DNA of 64,000 nt from a virus. Position 1 is the stretch's first letter; each line of letters starts with the position of its first letter. A program made the position numbers and the translations under genes. The stretch is from the IMG/VR virus record IMGVR_UViG_3300036893_000049, positions 1 through 64,000 of that record; one strand, written 5' to 3'. The notes under the pieces were generated by a model. It was not told where the DNA came from and searched no databases. It saw only the letters and a list, made by a program, of their open reading frames with translations. This document shows, piece by piece, positions 29,760-40,296 of the stretch.

Positions 29760-30076
29760 TAACTCTTGGGGACTCAGACGGGATTGCTTAGCTGGTCACC
29801 GCAAAAATCCACCAGATTATCGCTCCCGCGATCAACAGGGATGCCAGCGACCGCGCCCATCGGAAGAGGACCAGGGCCGCGAAGATGACGGGGAACCAGA
29901 GCAGGGTCACGACGCCAACGACTCTAATTGACTCGCCACGAACAGTTCCACGCGCTCGGGTAATCGCACCGCACATAGGGTGCCATCTCGATCCGCGATC
30001 TTCCCGATGCGTCCGACGTATGCGGAATTCACATCGCGCACCACTCTGACGAGTTCGCCGGATTCGACGGTTTGGG

Positions 30077-30229
30077 TCACTTCGCTTTCCTTTCCTTATC
30101 CTCAACCCGAGCCGCCTCGACCAATCGCCTGACGATTTCAGCGACCGGCACTTCGGCTTCGCGGGCGACATGTGCCAGCCAGGTATCCTGTGGCGCGGTG
30201 AATGTGATTGTGGTTCTCGGGTTGCTCAT
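30077..30229 (-). CDS. small RHH (CopG-like) protein in a moron
   Basis: own translation: MSNPRTTITFTAPQDTWLAHVAREAEVPVAEIVRRLVE; TTGACA upstream at 30266-30261. Confidence 0.6.
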   Translation of the reverse strand: MSNPRTTITFTAPQDTWLAHVAREAEVPVAEIVRRLVEAARVEDKERKAK

Positions 30230-30613
30230 ACGCATCACATTAGCATCGCCTGAGCGAGGTTGTCAATGTCCCTATCCGCCGCCCTCTGTGAAGAACTGGC
30301 CCGGCGCGGGCTGGCGAGGTTGTCTGCCGCCGAACTGGAGGCCGCTCTGAGGGCCCGTGGACTCTCCCTCACCGGGGGTGCCAGGGATGCGGTGAACGCT
30401 CATTTGGCTGCGGTGCGAGGGCTCAGTGCGGATGGTCTGGCGGAACGCGGCGCATGATCGATCCTGTTGCCGCGGTCGTGACTGCCTTGGCGGAACGTGG
30501 CATCGCAATCGATCCGGCCATACTCGCGGACGCGATTCATGCCGCTGGGGCTCAATTCATCCCGCAGGCCGAAGCGCATGACACCGCGAAAGCATGGGAA
30601 CGCGGCATAAAAA

Positions 30614-32152
30614 ATGGCTGAGATTACAATTACGGGGGTGAATCTAAGCACGACCCTTCAAAACCTGTTGATGGCCGATGATATCGTCCCCGGCGCGGAA
30701 CCGTCGTATCAACTTTGTCAAGAAATTTACGTTTCGCATCCGCTAGGAAAAAAATTGTGCGACACTCCAATCGCGCTGGCGCAGTCGCAACCTCGCGAAA
30801 TCGCGATCCCAGGTGCGCCGGAACGGGTCAAAGAACAATTCCTGAAACAATGGAAGTCGGATGGATGCGACGGCCATATCTTTAATGTCGGTTCGGCATC
30901 CCGCCGTCTCGGTGTTGCTGCGATTGGTATCCTGATACGGGGCGTTGAGCCAATGGCTCCCCTCGATCTCGAAAAGATCGCGAATGCCGAGATTTCATTT
31001 AATATGTGGGATGCCCTCAATCTGGCGGGATCGCAGGTTCTCGACCTCGATCCGAACTCGATGGACTTCCTCAAGCCGACCAAAGTATCGGCGGCCGGGA
31101 CGCCGTATCATCGCAGCCGTGCCATTGTGCTGATGCACGAAAAACCGCTGTATCTGAAATATAGCAATCCGGCTTATGGGTTCACGGGCCGTTCGGTTTA
31201 CCAGCGAGCCTTGTTTCCGCTGAAATCGTTTGTTCTGACGATGGTCACGGATGCGATGGTTGCCCGCAAGGCCGGGCTTTTGATCGCGGCGATGAAACAG
31301 GCCGGGTCCGTCATCAGTCAGGCGATGCAAAAACTGTTTAGTGTTAAGCGCGGGATGCTGGAAGACGGCGCTACGAACAATGTGCTTGGCATCGGGGCTG
31401 AAGACCGCATTGAGTCTCTGAACCTACAGAACGTCAACGGCGCGATGAGCGAGTCCCGTAAGAATATTCTCGATAACATCGCGACCGCCGCCGATATGCC
31501 AGCTATTATGCTGAACCAGGAGACTTTCGCGGAAGGGTTCGGCGAAGGCATCGAGGACGCCAAGTCGGTTGCCCGTTATGTCGGTGGCGTCCGCGCCGAA
31601 CTCGAACCAATCTATTCCTGGTTCGATACCATCATCATGCACCGGGCCTGGACGAAGGAATTCTTCAAGACGTTGCAGGCGGAAGAAGAAAATTCCCCTG
31701 ACGTGGAACCGGTTTATTCCGGTATGGAGTATCGCGAAGCATTTTATCAATGGAAGAACGCTTTCTCCGCGATCTGGCCGTCTCTGATCGAGGAGCCGGA
31801 ATCGGAGGCCGTCATGGTCGAGGATGTGAAAATCAAGGGTGTGATCGCCACTGTCCAGGTCTTCGATCCCTTGATGCCGGATCAACACAACAAGGCGGAA
31901 CTGATCGAGTGGGCGCAGGACAATCTGAATTCCAGCGAGACATTGTTCAGGACGCCTCTTAATATCAGCCTCGATCTGATCGCGGATTATGAACCGCCGG
32001 TGCCGATTGCCATACCCGGCGAAGACGAAGGGGAAGGCAAAGAACCGCCGGAACCAAGACCCTTCAGCCGCCAGGACGCGGATGCGCGTGTCGCGGGATG
32101 GCTGGCCGCGGTGCCGGTGTTGGGAAAGAAGAGAGGCCGTGCCGCCGCTTGA
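30614..32152 (+). CDS. portal protein (DUF1073-like)
   Basis: 512 aa after terL; YHRSR, GRSVYQR, IATAADMPA motifs. Confidence 0.8.
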   Translation: MAEITITGVNLSTTLQNLLMADDIVPGAEPSYQLCQEIYVSHPLGKKLCDTPIALAQSQPREIAIPGAPERVKEQFLKQWKSDGCDGHIFNVGSASRRLGVAAIGILIRGVEPMAPLDLEKIANAEISFNMWDALNLAGSQVLDLDPNSMDFLKPTKVSAAGTPYHRSRAIVLMHEKPLYLKYSNPAYGFTGRSVYQRALFPLKSFVLTMVTDAMVARKAGLLIAAMKQAGSVISQAMQKLFSVKRGMLEDGATNNVLGIGAEDRIESLNLQNVNGAMSESRKNILDNIATAADMPAIMLNQETFAEGFGEGIEDAKSVARYVGGVRAELEPIYSWFDTIIMHRAWTKEFFKTLQAEEENSPDVEPVYSGMEYREAFYQWKNAFSAIWPSLIEEPESEAVMVEDVKIKGVIATVQVFDPLMPDQHNKAELIEWAQDNLNSSETLFRTPLNISLDLIADYEPPVPIAIPGEDEGEGKEPPEPRPFSRQDADARVAGWLAAVPVLGKKRGRAAA

Positions 32153-32987
32153 CGGCGGGTTCGGTCCCGCGACAGGCTTCTATGCGGTTTTGACCGCGGC
32201 CATCAACAGTCTGATGGAAACGGGATACGACTCGCCGGAGCAGATCGCGGCATGGGTTGCTCAGATCAGACGGGCCGCCTTGCTCAATATGATCCCGGAG
32301 AGCGTGCTACAAAAATCGCTCAACGACACCATGCGGGCGATCTATCGAAACAAAATTGAACGAGGCGGCATTCTCACTCAACACCCAGGCATCGCACGAT
32401 TCACGCTGGAACGGGTCGAGCCGAAGCTGAGAGCGGAACTTGATCGCCGCATCGTTGCCTCGGCCAATCTGATCCGGCTCAACCGGCAAGAGGCCATTGA
32501 AACGACATTACGGCGGTTTTCCGGGTGGTCCACCTCGATCCCCGCTGGCGGCATAAGCGAAACGAGCCGCCGCGCGACGAAGGAAAAAATCCGTAAGCCG
32601 CTGGCTTCGTTACCGTTTGAGGAACGTCGCGTAGCGGTAGATCAAGGCCACAAGTTCGTTGCGAACCTGTCGGAAATTCTCGCCGCTAACGGTGGGGCAA
32701 TCGCGGTCAAATGGAATTCGCACTGGCGGCAGCAAAATTATGACTATCGCGAAGACCACAAAGAGCGGGATGGAAAGATATATCTCTTGCGCGGAAATTG
32801 GGCGAAGGAAAAGGGCCTCGTGAAACCTGGGTCGGCTGGGTATTATGAGGACATTACATCGTTCGGCCAGGAAGTTTTTTGCCGGTGTTTTGGGACCTAT
32901 ATCCATTCGCTTCGGCGGCTTCCCGAAGATATGCTGACCGAGAAGGGTCAAGAGGCCGTTGCCAACAGAATTAATATGGCGGCCTAG
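32139..32987 (+). CDS. head morphogenesis protein (SPP1 gp7/Mu gpF-like)
   Basis: DQGHK, W.SH...YREDH, GQEVFCRC. Confidence 0.75.
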   Translation: MPPLDGGFGPATGFYAVLTAAINSLMETGYDSPEQIAAWVAQIRRAALLNMIPESVLQKSLNDTMRAIYRNKIERGGILTQHPGIARFTLERVEPKLRAELDRRIVASANLIRLNRQEAIETTLRRFSGWSTSIPAGGISETSRRATKEKIRKPLASLPFEERRVAVDQGHKFVANLSEILAANGGAIAVKWNSHWRQQNYDYREDHKERDGKIYLLRGNWAKEKGLVKPGSAGYYEDITSFGQEVFCRCFGTYIHSLRRLPEDMLTEKGQEAVANRINMAA

Positions 32988-32996
32988 GAGAACACC

Positions 32997-35066
32997 ATGC
33001 CGCTGAAATCGGGATCGTCTCAGAAAACGATTTCAGAAAACATCGCCGAAATGATCCGCGCCGGTCACGATCCGAAACAGGCAGAGGCAGCCGCGTACCG
33101 CATGGCGCGGGGGGATGCCGATTCAACTATCGGTGCCGCGGGCATCATGTTTCTGACGGCTGGCGGCGAGACGTTACTGTTGAAGCGCGGCCCTGGCGGA
33201 GATTTCCCTGGCGCGTGGTGCTTCCCTGGCGGAACATCCGAGGGCGATGAAACCGCGGAACAAACCGCCGAACGCGAAACGATTGAGGAACTTGGCTTTC
33301 TGCCGGAAGGCGAGCGGATGCTTCTGACACGTCAGATGCGCGCCGATCTGCCGCATGATCCTGGCGTTGTGGATGCGCTGAACCCCGTCGATTACACGAC
33401 ATTCCTCCAACGGGTGCCGGAACGATTTGAACCGAAACTGAACGGGGAACATACCGGATTCGCGTGGTGCAAACCATCCGAACCGCCGCAACCCCTTCAT
33501 CCCGGTTGCCGACTCGCGCTCGAACGCCTTGGAATGAACGAACTGGATATCGCCCGCGGCATGGCCGCCGGTGAATTGACCAGCCCGCAACGGTATTACA
33601 ACGTTTGGCTTTTCGATATCAGGATTTCTGGCACCGGTTATGCTCATCGGGGCGCCGTCAAGAACAAAGACGGAAAGGTGATTCGAGAGGCCGAACATGC
33701 GTGGCGGCGGCCTGAGAACTATCTGACAGAAGACTATCTCGCTCGCACGAACGGATTGCCCGTCATCTGGGTCCATCCGAAAGACTCCATGCTCAACAGC
33801 AAGGAATTCAGAAACCGGATAATCGGAACCTGTTTCCTTCCGTATATTCGAGACGAATCTGTCTGGTCCATAGTTAAAATATGGGACCAGGAGTCCGCCG
33901 CCGATATGGCGACGATGGATTTGTCAACATCGCCCGGCGTTGTGTTGAGCGGAGACGATGATATCCGCGTGAGACTTCCCGATGGTTCGCCGTTGTTGAT
34001 TGAAGGCGATCCGACCATAAACGATCACATTGCCATAGTTCCTCAGGGAGTCTGGGACCTCGGCGGCCCACCGTCTGGAATTCGAACCGACAGCGTAAAG
34101 GAAAGCACCATGCCGCAAGAGACCGAAGAAGAGAAGGCCGCCCGCGAGACGCGAGAGGCGAAAGACGCCGCGCGCGATGCCAAGATGGACAAGATCATGG
34201 ATGCGCTCGCATCCATGGCGGATAATTTCGGCAGGCGTTTGGACGCGGCCGAAACGCGCGACACCAAGCGTGACGCGGATGAGGCGAAGGCGCGAGCCGA
34301 TGCGGAGGCCGCCGAAGAAGAGCGGAAGAAGGCCGATGCCGCACACCGCCTTGACGCGAAGGGCCGCCGCGATGCCGAGCGCGAAGCCTGGATGAAGGCC
34401 GATGCTGGCGTGTGCGCCGATGAGGACGCCCAGGAGGCCATGGAACTCGATGCCATGGTCAAGGATGGCGCCGATCCCGACGAGGCCGCCGACAAGGCTC
34501 GCAAGGACCGCCGCGACAGGATGGACAAGCGCCGCAAGGACGCCGCGTCCGAGGAAGAAAGGAAGATCGCGGACAAAGCCCGCGCGGATAGCGTGGCGAC
34601 TCTTGACGCCGCCGCTGTCGCCAAGATTGTCGCGGACACGCTGGCGAAGCAGAACCGGTCGGAGGCGGATACCACGACGCTCAGCCTTGAGCAGGCCCGC
34701 GCCGATGCCGTTTTCACCGCGTTTGGAAGCGGCGCGGCCCGGCGTCCGATGTCCGGTGAAACTCCGGCGGACTATCAGATCGCCATGGCGCGCGAATTCC
34801 AGAAGCACTCAAAGCGCTGGAAGGACACCAACCTTGGCCTTCTGGACAGTTCGACGCGTGGCGTCGTGATCGCGGACATCTATAACGATGCCATCGCGGC
34901 ATCGAAAAACACCGACGATCTTGAGCCGGGCCAACTGGTCTACATCACCCGTTCCGGCGAGGGTGGACACCAGATCACCGAGGCCCGCGGCAACGGCACC
35001 TTTATCCATGGGCTGAAGCGAGATTCGATGCGGGTCACGAAATTCATGACCGAACGGAGGGCTTAA
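32997..35066 (+). CDS. NUDIX-DUF2213-like prohead protease/scaffold fusion
   Basis: NUDIX box GGTSEGDETAEQTAERETIEELG; NGLPVIWVHP, STSPGV, DHIAIV..GVWD; charged scaffold tail. Confidence 0.8.
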   Translation: MPLKSGSSQKTISENIAEMIRAGHDPKQAEAAAYRMARGDADSTIGAAGIMFLTAGGETLLLKRGPGGDFPGAWCFPGGTSEGDETAEQTAERETIEELGFLPEGERMLLTRQMRADLPHDPGVVDALNPVDYTTFLQRVPERFEPKLNGEHTGFAWCKPSEPPQPLHPGCRLALERLGMNELDIARGMAAGELTSPQRYYNVWLFDIRISGTGYAHRGAVKNKDGKVIREAEHAWRRPENYLTEDYLARTNGLPVIWVHPKDSMLNSKEFRNRIIGTCFLPYIRDESVWSIVKIWDQESAADMATMDLSTSPGVVLSGDDDIRVRLPDGSPLLIEGDPTINDHIAIVPQGVWDLGGPPSGIRTDSVKESTMPQETEEEKAARETREAKDAARDAKMDKIMDALASMADNFGRRLDAAETRDTKRDADEAKARADAEAAEEERKKADAAHRLDAKGRRDAEREAWMKADAGVCADEDAQEAMELDAMVKDGADPDEAADKARKDRRDRMDKRRKDAASEEERKIADKARADSVATLDAAAVAKIVADTLAKQNRSEADTTTLSLEQARADAVFTAFGSGAARRPMSGETPADYQIAMAREFQKHSKRWKDTNLGLLDSSTRGVVIADIYNDAIAASKNTDDLEPGQLVYITRSGEGGHQITEARGNGTFIHGLKRDSMRVTKFMTERRA

Positions 35067-35069
35067 CCA

Positions 35070-35969
35070 ATGGTCGCGACCATATCAAACAATCCCTATG
35101 CTACCACGAATGGCTTTGGTGGTTTCAATATCGAAAGCACCGGTTTTTGGCAGGGCATGTCGGTCGATGAACCCGATCTCCGGAATCGCCTCGCTGGCGG
35201 GTATCTGTCCAATGCCGAGACGATTCCGATGTGGGGCGGCGTTATGATCAGCGAAGCCATCCCCGGCGGGTCGGGAACGCCAAACACCGCATTAGGCGGC
35301 CTGATTACGCGCGCTACGACACTGACCGCCACATCGACCAACGGCTATACGGGTTTTTCGGTCTTCGATCAAAACTTCGCGATGGTCAGCAGCCCGTCGA
35401 GTCGAGTCCCATTGATCGGGTCCGGGGGGCAGGTGAACTTCTACCGGAAGGGATCGGGCAAGCGAATCATCGTCGCGATGGACCCGTCCCTGGTCAGTAT
35501 CGATGGCAGCATCATCACCTCTCAGGTCTCGTGGGACTTCAACAACTCGCTATTGACGGCATACGATGCCTCAACGGCGACCTATTCGTTGACCTCGATC
35601 ACATCGACTTATGCGGCCGGCGTTTATACGATGGTCGTGGTTGCCGCCGCCGCCACGCCGGTTGGCGGAATTGGCGACTCAATCAACGTGAGTGGCGTGA
35701 CCGGCACCGGGGCTTCTCTGGTCAACGGCGATCAGGTTGTGACCGCGTTCACCGATAACGAGCATTTCACTTTCCAGGTGTTGGCCGGTTCCGGCGCGAT
35801 CGCCACGGGCGCATTGTCCGGGACCCTGGTGCTGAACTACGGGACCGGCGCGCTGCCCGTGCAGGTGCTGGAAACTCAGGCCGGAAACAGCGGCACCGTC
35901 CAATACAACGCGGTGACCAACTCAGCATCGTGGAATCAATCCGGCGCCGTCGCCATGATTTTGATATAA
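35070..35969 (+). CDS. capsid decoration/cement protein
   Basis: position between protease and major capsid; PMWGGV.ISE motif. Confidence 0.65.
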   Translation: MVATISNNPYATTNGFGGFNIESTGFWQGMSVDEPDLRNRLAGGYLSNAETIPMWGGVMISEAIPGGSGTPNTALGGLITRATTLTATSTNGYTGFSVFDQNFAMVSSPSSRVPLIGSGGQVNFYRKGSGKRIIVAMDPSLVSIDGSIITSQVSWDFNNSLLTAYDASTATYSLTSITSTYAAGVYTMVVVAAAATPVGGIGDSINVSGVTGTGASLVNGDQVVTAFTDNEHFTFQVLAGSGAIATGALSGTLVLNYGTGALPVQVLETQAGNSGTVQYNAVTNSASWNQSGAVAMILI

Positions 35970-35984
35970 CAGGGAGCCCAGAAC

Positions 35985-37001
35985 ATGCTTATCGCCCCCG
36001 CTCAACAAATGATTCATCCGTCATATGTCATGCCGGAAATCGTGCTGCCTTACAGTCAGGCATCGGGTGCGTTCGACGCGCTTCCGACCGGCGAACCGTT
36101 GGTGAGGCTTGGTGAAGACGATCTCGCCGTCTATATGCGCCAGATCGCCGTGCGAACGAAACTCGCCGCCGGGCAGGCCACTTTCAATTCTCTGCCATCG
36201 GCGGACGTGATCGTTTGGCAGATGAGCACCCCGGCTTACCGGTTGCGGTCGCAGTCGATCTTCGACCATCACGAAAGCGCCGCCGCCGGACGCAACGGTT
36301 TCTCGTTGAGTGAGGCATATCGTCTCGCCAATCAGCAGGGCTTCGCGCAGCTTGCTCGTGTCGGCTTGCTCTATGGGTTCAACCCCGCCAACGGCGAAGG
36401 CATCATAAACGCGGCGAATATCACCACGCTCAATTTGCCCGCGGACAGTTTCAGCAATACGACTGTGACGACCTATGATAACGGTCAGATGGCATTCTTT
36501 CTGATGAACCAGGTGCTGGGGATCAAATCCCGGACCAACCAACTCGGAATGGGTCGCAAATTTGTCTTTATCGGGCCTCAGCGGACACTCGGATCATTCG
36601 AGTACAACGTGGTCCAACTCGTGCAGTATCAGCGCCCCGGCGCCGGCACGGCATCCACGGTCGAGACGGTGCGAAACGTTCTGATGTCGAACGGCGACGA
36701 GGTGATCTGGGCCTATGATGATACTCTGATCGGCAAGGGCGCCGGAGGCACCGATGCCGTTGTCATTGTCATGCCCGAGGTCGAACGGCCGAAGCGCGGT
36801 GCGTGGAATACCAACAAATTCGCGGAATTGCAGCCGGGCCAGGAGGCGATGCTTCTGCAAATCTGCGACATGGCGGCGCCGCGCGAAATCACCGTTCCGC
36901 TGGCATTGGGCGCGATCAGCACGCTCTATGAACTGTCGACAACTTCGGGTTGGGCATTCCGTCCGGAGGGCGTTACGGTTGTTTCAATGCCGTACCCGTA
37001 A
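35985..37001 (+). CDS. major capsid protein
   Basis: 338 aa, synteny, C-terminal SGWAFRPEGV. Confidence 0.75.
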   Translation: MLIAPAQQMIHPSYVMPEIVLPYSQASGAFDALPTGEPLVRLGEDDLAVYMRQIAVRTKLAAGQATFNSLPSADVIVWQMSTPAYRLRSQSIFDHHESAAAGRNGFSLSEAYRLANQQGFAQLARVGLLYGFNPANGEGIINAANITTLNLPADSFSNTTVTTYDNGQMAFFLMNQVLGIKSRTNQLGMGRKFVFIGPQRTLGSFEYNVVQLVQYQRPGAGTASTVETVRNVLMSNGDEVIWAYDDTLIGKGAGGTDAVVIVMPEVERPKRGAWNTNKFAELQPGQEAMLLQICDMAAPREITVPLALGAISTLYELSTTSGWAFRPEGVTVVSMPYP

Positions 37002-37039
37002 TAAACCCTTAACATCCGCACCATGCCTTAGGAATTCCA

Positions 37040-37585
37040 ATGAAGCTGTTCATAGGCAACCCCACGACTCAAAATCACGTCTTCCTCTACCGTCTCGCTG
37101 AAAATGCCAAGATCGTTGAGCGGCCAATTCCGGCCGGTAAGCAGATCGACATCGAATGCGACACGCGCGACGAGATTGACAGCATCATCAAACAACACGC
37201 CAGATACGGTTTGATCGATGCGAATGAAGTAACCCGAATCCGCAAATTCCATGGCCTTTGTTACGCGCTCGACAAGCCGATACCGGCCGACAAGCTGAAC
37301 TATTTTCGGGAACACAACACCGGCGAACTGATTGAGCAGGGCCGCGAGTTGCGCCAGATCGCCGCCATCGCGGGAAACGATCTCATGGAGACCGCGTTGC
37401 TGGAAAACGATCGGCACGAACGCGTCGACCGCTTCGATCTCTATATCCAGGAAGATCGGCAGGGTGATAGCCCCTTTCCGCAACTGTCGGATCAGATCAC
37501 GGTGACGAAGAACCCTGATAAGGTGGGGCCGATTTCCGATCCGGTTGCGACACGCACCAAGTCAGGACGACGCAGGGCCGCGTGA
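37040..37585 (+). CDS. virion-associated hypothetical protein
   Basis: synteny after the major capsid gene. Confidence 0.55.
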   Translation: MKLFIGNPTTQNHVFLYRLAENAKIVERPIPAGKQIDIECDTRDEIDSIIKQHARYGLIDANEVTRIRKFHGLCYALDKPIPADKLNYFREHNTGELIEQGRELRQIAAIAGNDLMETALLENDRHERVDRFDLYIQEDRQGDSPFPQLSDQITVTKNPDKVGPISDPVATRTKSGRRRAA

Positions 37586-37763
37586 GCATGTCAGAGACGA
37601 TTGAGGACATGCTCACGCTAACCGATGCGCGGCGGCTTCTGGGACGCGCCAGGGCCGTTCTGCGGACGGTGGCGGAGTGGGATCGGGACGAACCGCAATC
37701 GGCCATGACGCTTGTCGTGGCGGCGCATTTACATCGCGATATCGTCAACGCATTGTCGCCAAA

Positions 37764-38234
37764 ATGAGCAGCACACTCGGTCCAACGCTCGCCGGGTTCA
37801 CGACGTTCGTTTACAACGTTATGCAGATAGACCCGCTCAATTTGCCTACGGATTCGGCTATAATCGAGTATGCGTTCGATAACGCCATGACGATAGTCAA
37901 TCAGGCTCTGTGTGTTGTCTGTGGACCGCCGAATGGGCAATGGTCGTACTATGCCATCGCGGTTTATAATCTTGGCGGGTCGAATATTATCAATTTCGCT
38001 CAGGATCAGACCGGTCGGACATATTTCGCCGATCTTCGCGCGCTGTATGGGATCGGGAAATTTCCGGCTGGTGTGGTTGCCGGAACGTCTGATGCCGGAT
38101 CATCGACCTCGCTTCTCAACCCGGAGTTCATGAAGACGCTCACGATGCGCGACCTCCGGACGCTCAAGGACCCCTGGGGGCGGGCTTATATGGAGGCGGC
38201 GATGGACTACGGGGAAATCTGGGGACTCACGTGA
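37764..38234 (+). CDS. head-tail adaptor (DUF4054-like)
   Basis: AVYNLGG, LKDPWGRAY motifs. Confidence 0.6.
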   Translation: MSSTLGPTLAGFTTFVYNVMQIDPLNLPTDSAIIEYAFDNAMTIVNQALCVVCGPPNGQWSYYAIAVYNLGGSNIINFAQDQTGRTYFADLRALYGIGKFPAGVVAGTSDAGSSTSLLNPEFMKTLTMRDLRTLKDPWGRAYMEAAMDYGEIWGLT

Positions 38235-38740
38235 AGCTCATCCTCGGCGTGTACGACGTACCGTATTCCGATGCATCGTATAATCCAGTTCGCGCCTCGA
38301 AGAATCCGAAATATCGTCGCGGCCGGGCGAGGCGCCCCACCGCTGACGTGGCGGCTTCGAATCATAAAACCACGGGCGATGTCGCGGTCATCCTTGAGGA
38401 TGAATACCACATCATGGAGACGTTTTTCGAACTCCATGAGGACATGATTGGCGACATGCTTTGTCAATCCATGAGCGATACGCTGGATGAACTGGCGGAT
38501 GGTGCGCCGGGCGATTTGAGCCTTACCGCGGCTGCCACCAGCAAGATCGAAGAGACCTTTAAGCGGTGGTTGTCAGAACGCGGCATGGACGCGACCGCGA
38601 CTGCTGGCGTGCCAACCAAGGCCGCGATGATGGGAGTTTCGCATCGGTTTCTGCATCCTTATGCGAAGCGGCCGAGCCGCCCGAGTTTTATAGACACAGG
38701 TCTCTACGAAGCCAGTTTTGTTGCCTGGACTGAGATATAA
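38231..38740 (+). CDS. neck/tail-completion protein
   Basis: RPSFIDTGLY motif; synteny. Confidence 0.6.
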   Translation: MKLILGVYDVPYSDASYNPVRASKNPKYRRGRARRPTADVAASNHKTTGDVAVILEDEYHIMETFFELHEDMIGDMLCQSMSDTLDELADGAPGDLSLTAAATSKIEETFKRWLSERGMDATATAGVPTKAAMMGVSHRFLHPYAKRPSRPSFIDTGLYEASFVAWTEI

Positions 38741-39666
38741 TGTCTTACGCGATCCCCCAGGACACGTTAAACCCCACGCTCGATACTGGCCTGGAACAAC
38801 TCTCCGGCTACGCACAAATTCCGTTCACGCAATATATCCGGCGCGTGCTTCCCCTGGATGGATACGTGTTCTGGCAGGCGACGCAACAGACCACATTCCC
38901 GGGCTCGCTTCATTACGATGCCCGTGCGGTGCAAAACGACGACGAATCATTTTCGATCAACCGGGTTATCCTGACGACAAGTTCGCCGATTCAGCCATTC
39001 GAGAAAATCGGTCCTAACGAAATGTGGATTGGCATCTGGGACGGCATGAAGTTCGCGTTTTCCTCTCGCGGATATTTTTATCCCAACGCCGGGCTTTTCC
39101 ACTACGCGGGCGATGCAGTTTATCCGATCATGGAATCGCAACTTATCGATATCGGCGCCGGGCCGTCCGATGATACTCTGATCGTATCCAACAGCCTCCC
39201 GGCATGGCTGACGCTCGTTACTTATGATCCGGTCTGGCTTGTCGCGGGGAACCCTGGGATCACGCTTTATCCGTCATTCCTGGTGCCGGACAATCTTCGT
39301 CCTCCATACGGTTCGGTGCATATTCCGGCGGAGCAGACAAATCCGATGGCCGGGCTTCCGGTTATCGGAAACAGGGGCGCGCATTCGCAACTGGCCTGCG
39401 ATGTCGTGGATGTCACGCTTTACGGCACAACGAACGCCGAGGCTCTCGCGTTTCTCGATCTCGTCAATCAGTTCAGTCTCGATACCGACATATTTGGGAT
39501 AATGGGTGCCACGGTGGCGCGCGATCCGAAACGGATACAGACAGAACTTAGCGTGATCGCGATGAAGAAAACGTTCCGATTCGAGGTTAATTACCTCCAG
39601 GAGTCCATGGTCGATACGGCGCTTCAACTGATCGAATCGGCGCCGATCACATATATCCTTCAATAA
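38740..39666 (+). CDS. neck/tail terminator-like protein
   Basis: synteny; VLPLDGYVFW. Confidence 0.5.
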   Translation: MSYAIPQDTLNPTLDTGLEQLSGYAQIPFTQYIRRVLPLDGYVFWQATQQTTFPGSLHYDARAVQNDDESFSINRVILTTSSPIQPFEKIGPNEMWIGIWDGMKFAFSSRGYFYPNAGLFHYAGDAVYPIMESQLIDIGAGPSDDTLIVSNSLPAWLTLVTYDPVWLVAGNPGITLYPSFLVPDNLRPPYGSVHIPAEQTNPMAGLPVIGNRGAHSQLACDVVDVTLYGTTNAEALAFLDLVNQFSLDTDIFGIMGATVARDPKRIQTELSVIAMKKTFRFEVNYLQESMVDTALQLIESAPITYILQ

Positions 39667-39676
39667 GGAGTCTAAA

Positions 39677-40270
39677 ATGCCTCAGAACCCTCTTGGTGTT
39701 GTTTTCGGACAGAACCCCGCTGGAGCGCTGCAACCGCTCACCACCGATGGCGATGGTGGGCTTATCGTCTCCCAGGCCGAGGCCAATACGTTCATTGGCG
39801 CCAATCCGTCCGGCGTCACGACCTCCGCTGGGCTGGCGACAACCTATGTCGGCATCTGCCTCTCCAATCCGGCGGGTAGCGGCGTCAATCTGATCTTGCG
39901 GCGTATCGCCGGGCAGTTCATCGTGGCCCCCTCCACCGTGACCGGGTTTAATCTGATCACCGGCTATGCGGCCGGGGGTATCACGGTCCACACGACGCCT
40001 CTGACCCCGTTCAGCGGCATCATCGGCACCGGTCCTACGCCAAAAGGACTGCTGGACAGCGCCGCGACGTTGGTTGGGACGCCGGTCTACACGATGCCCC
40101 TTGGCGAGACTCTGGTCGCCACCGATCTGCCTGCTTTCAATACCGATCTTGAGGGATCGATTGTTCTGCCGCCGGGTGCCTATGCGGCAATCGGCACGAC
40201 CATCGCCGGACCCGCGAGCGGCTTCATGGGGTCGATCCAGTGGGAAGAAAAAGCTGGCGCCGTGATCTGA
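39677..40270 (+). CDS. structural protein, hypothetical
   Basis: strong Shine-Dalgarno, beta-rich, located in the tail operon. Confidence 0.5.
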   Translation: MPQNPLGVVFGQNPAGALQPLTTDGDGGLIVSQAEANTFIGANPSGVTTSAGLATTYVGICLSNPAGSGVNLILRRIAGQFIVAPSTVTGFNLITGYAAGGITVHTTPLTPFSGIIGTGPTPKGLLDSAATLVGTPVYTMPLGETLVATDLPAFNTDLEGSIVLPPGAYAAIGTTIAGPASGFMGSIQWEEKAGAVI

Positions 40271-40296
40271 TCCTCTGATCATCCGGGAGGTGGAGT

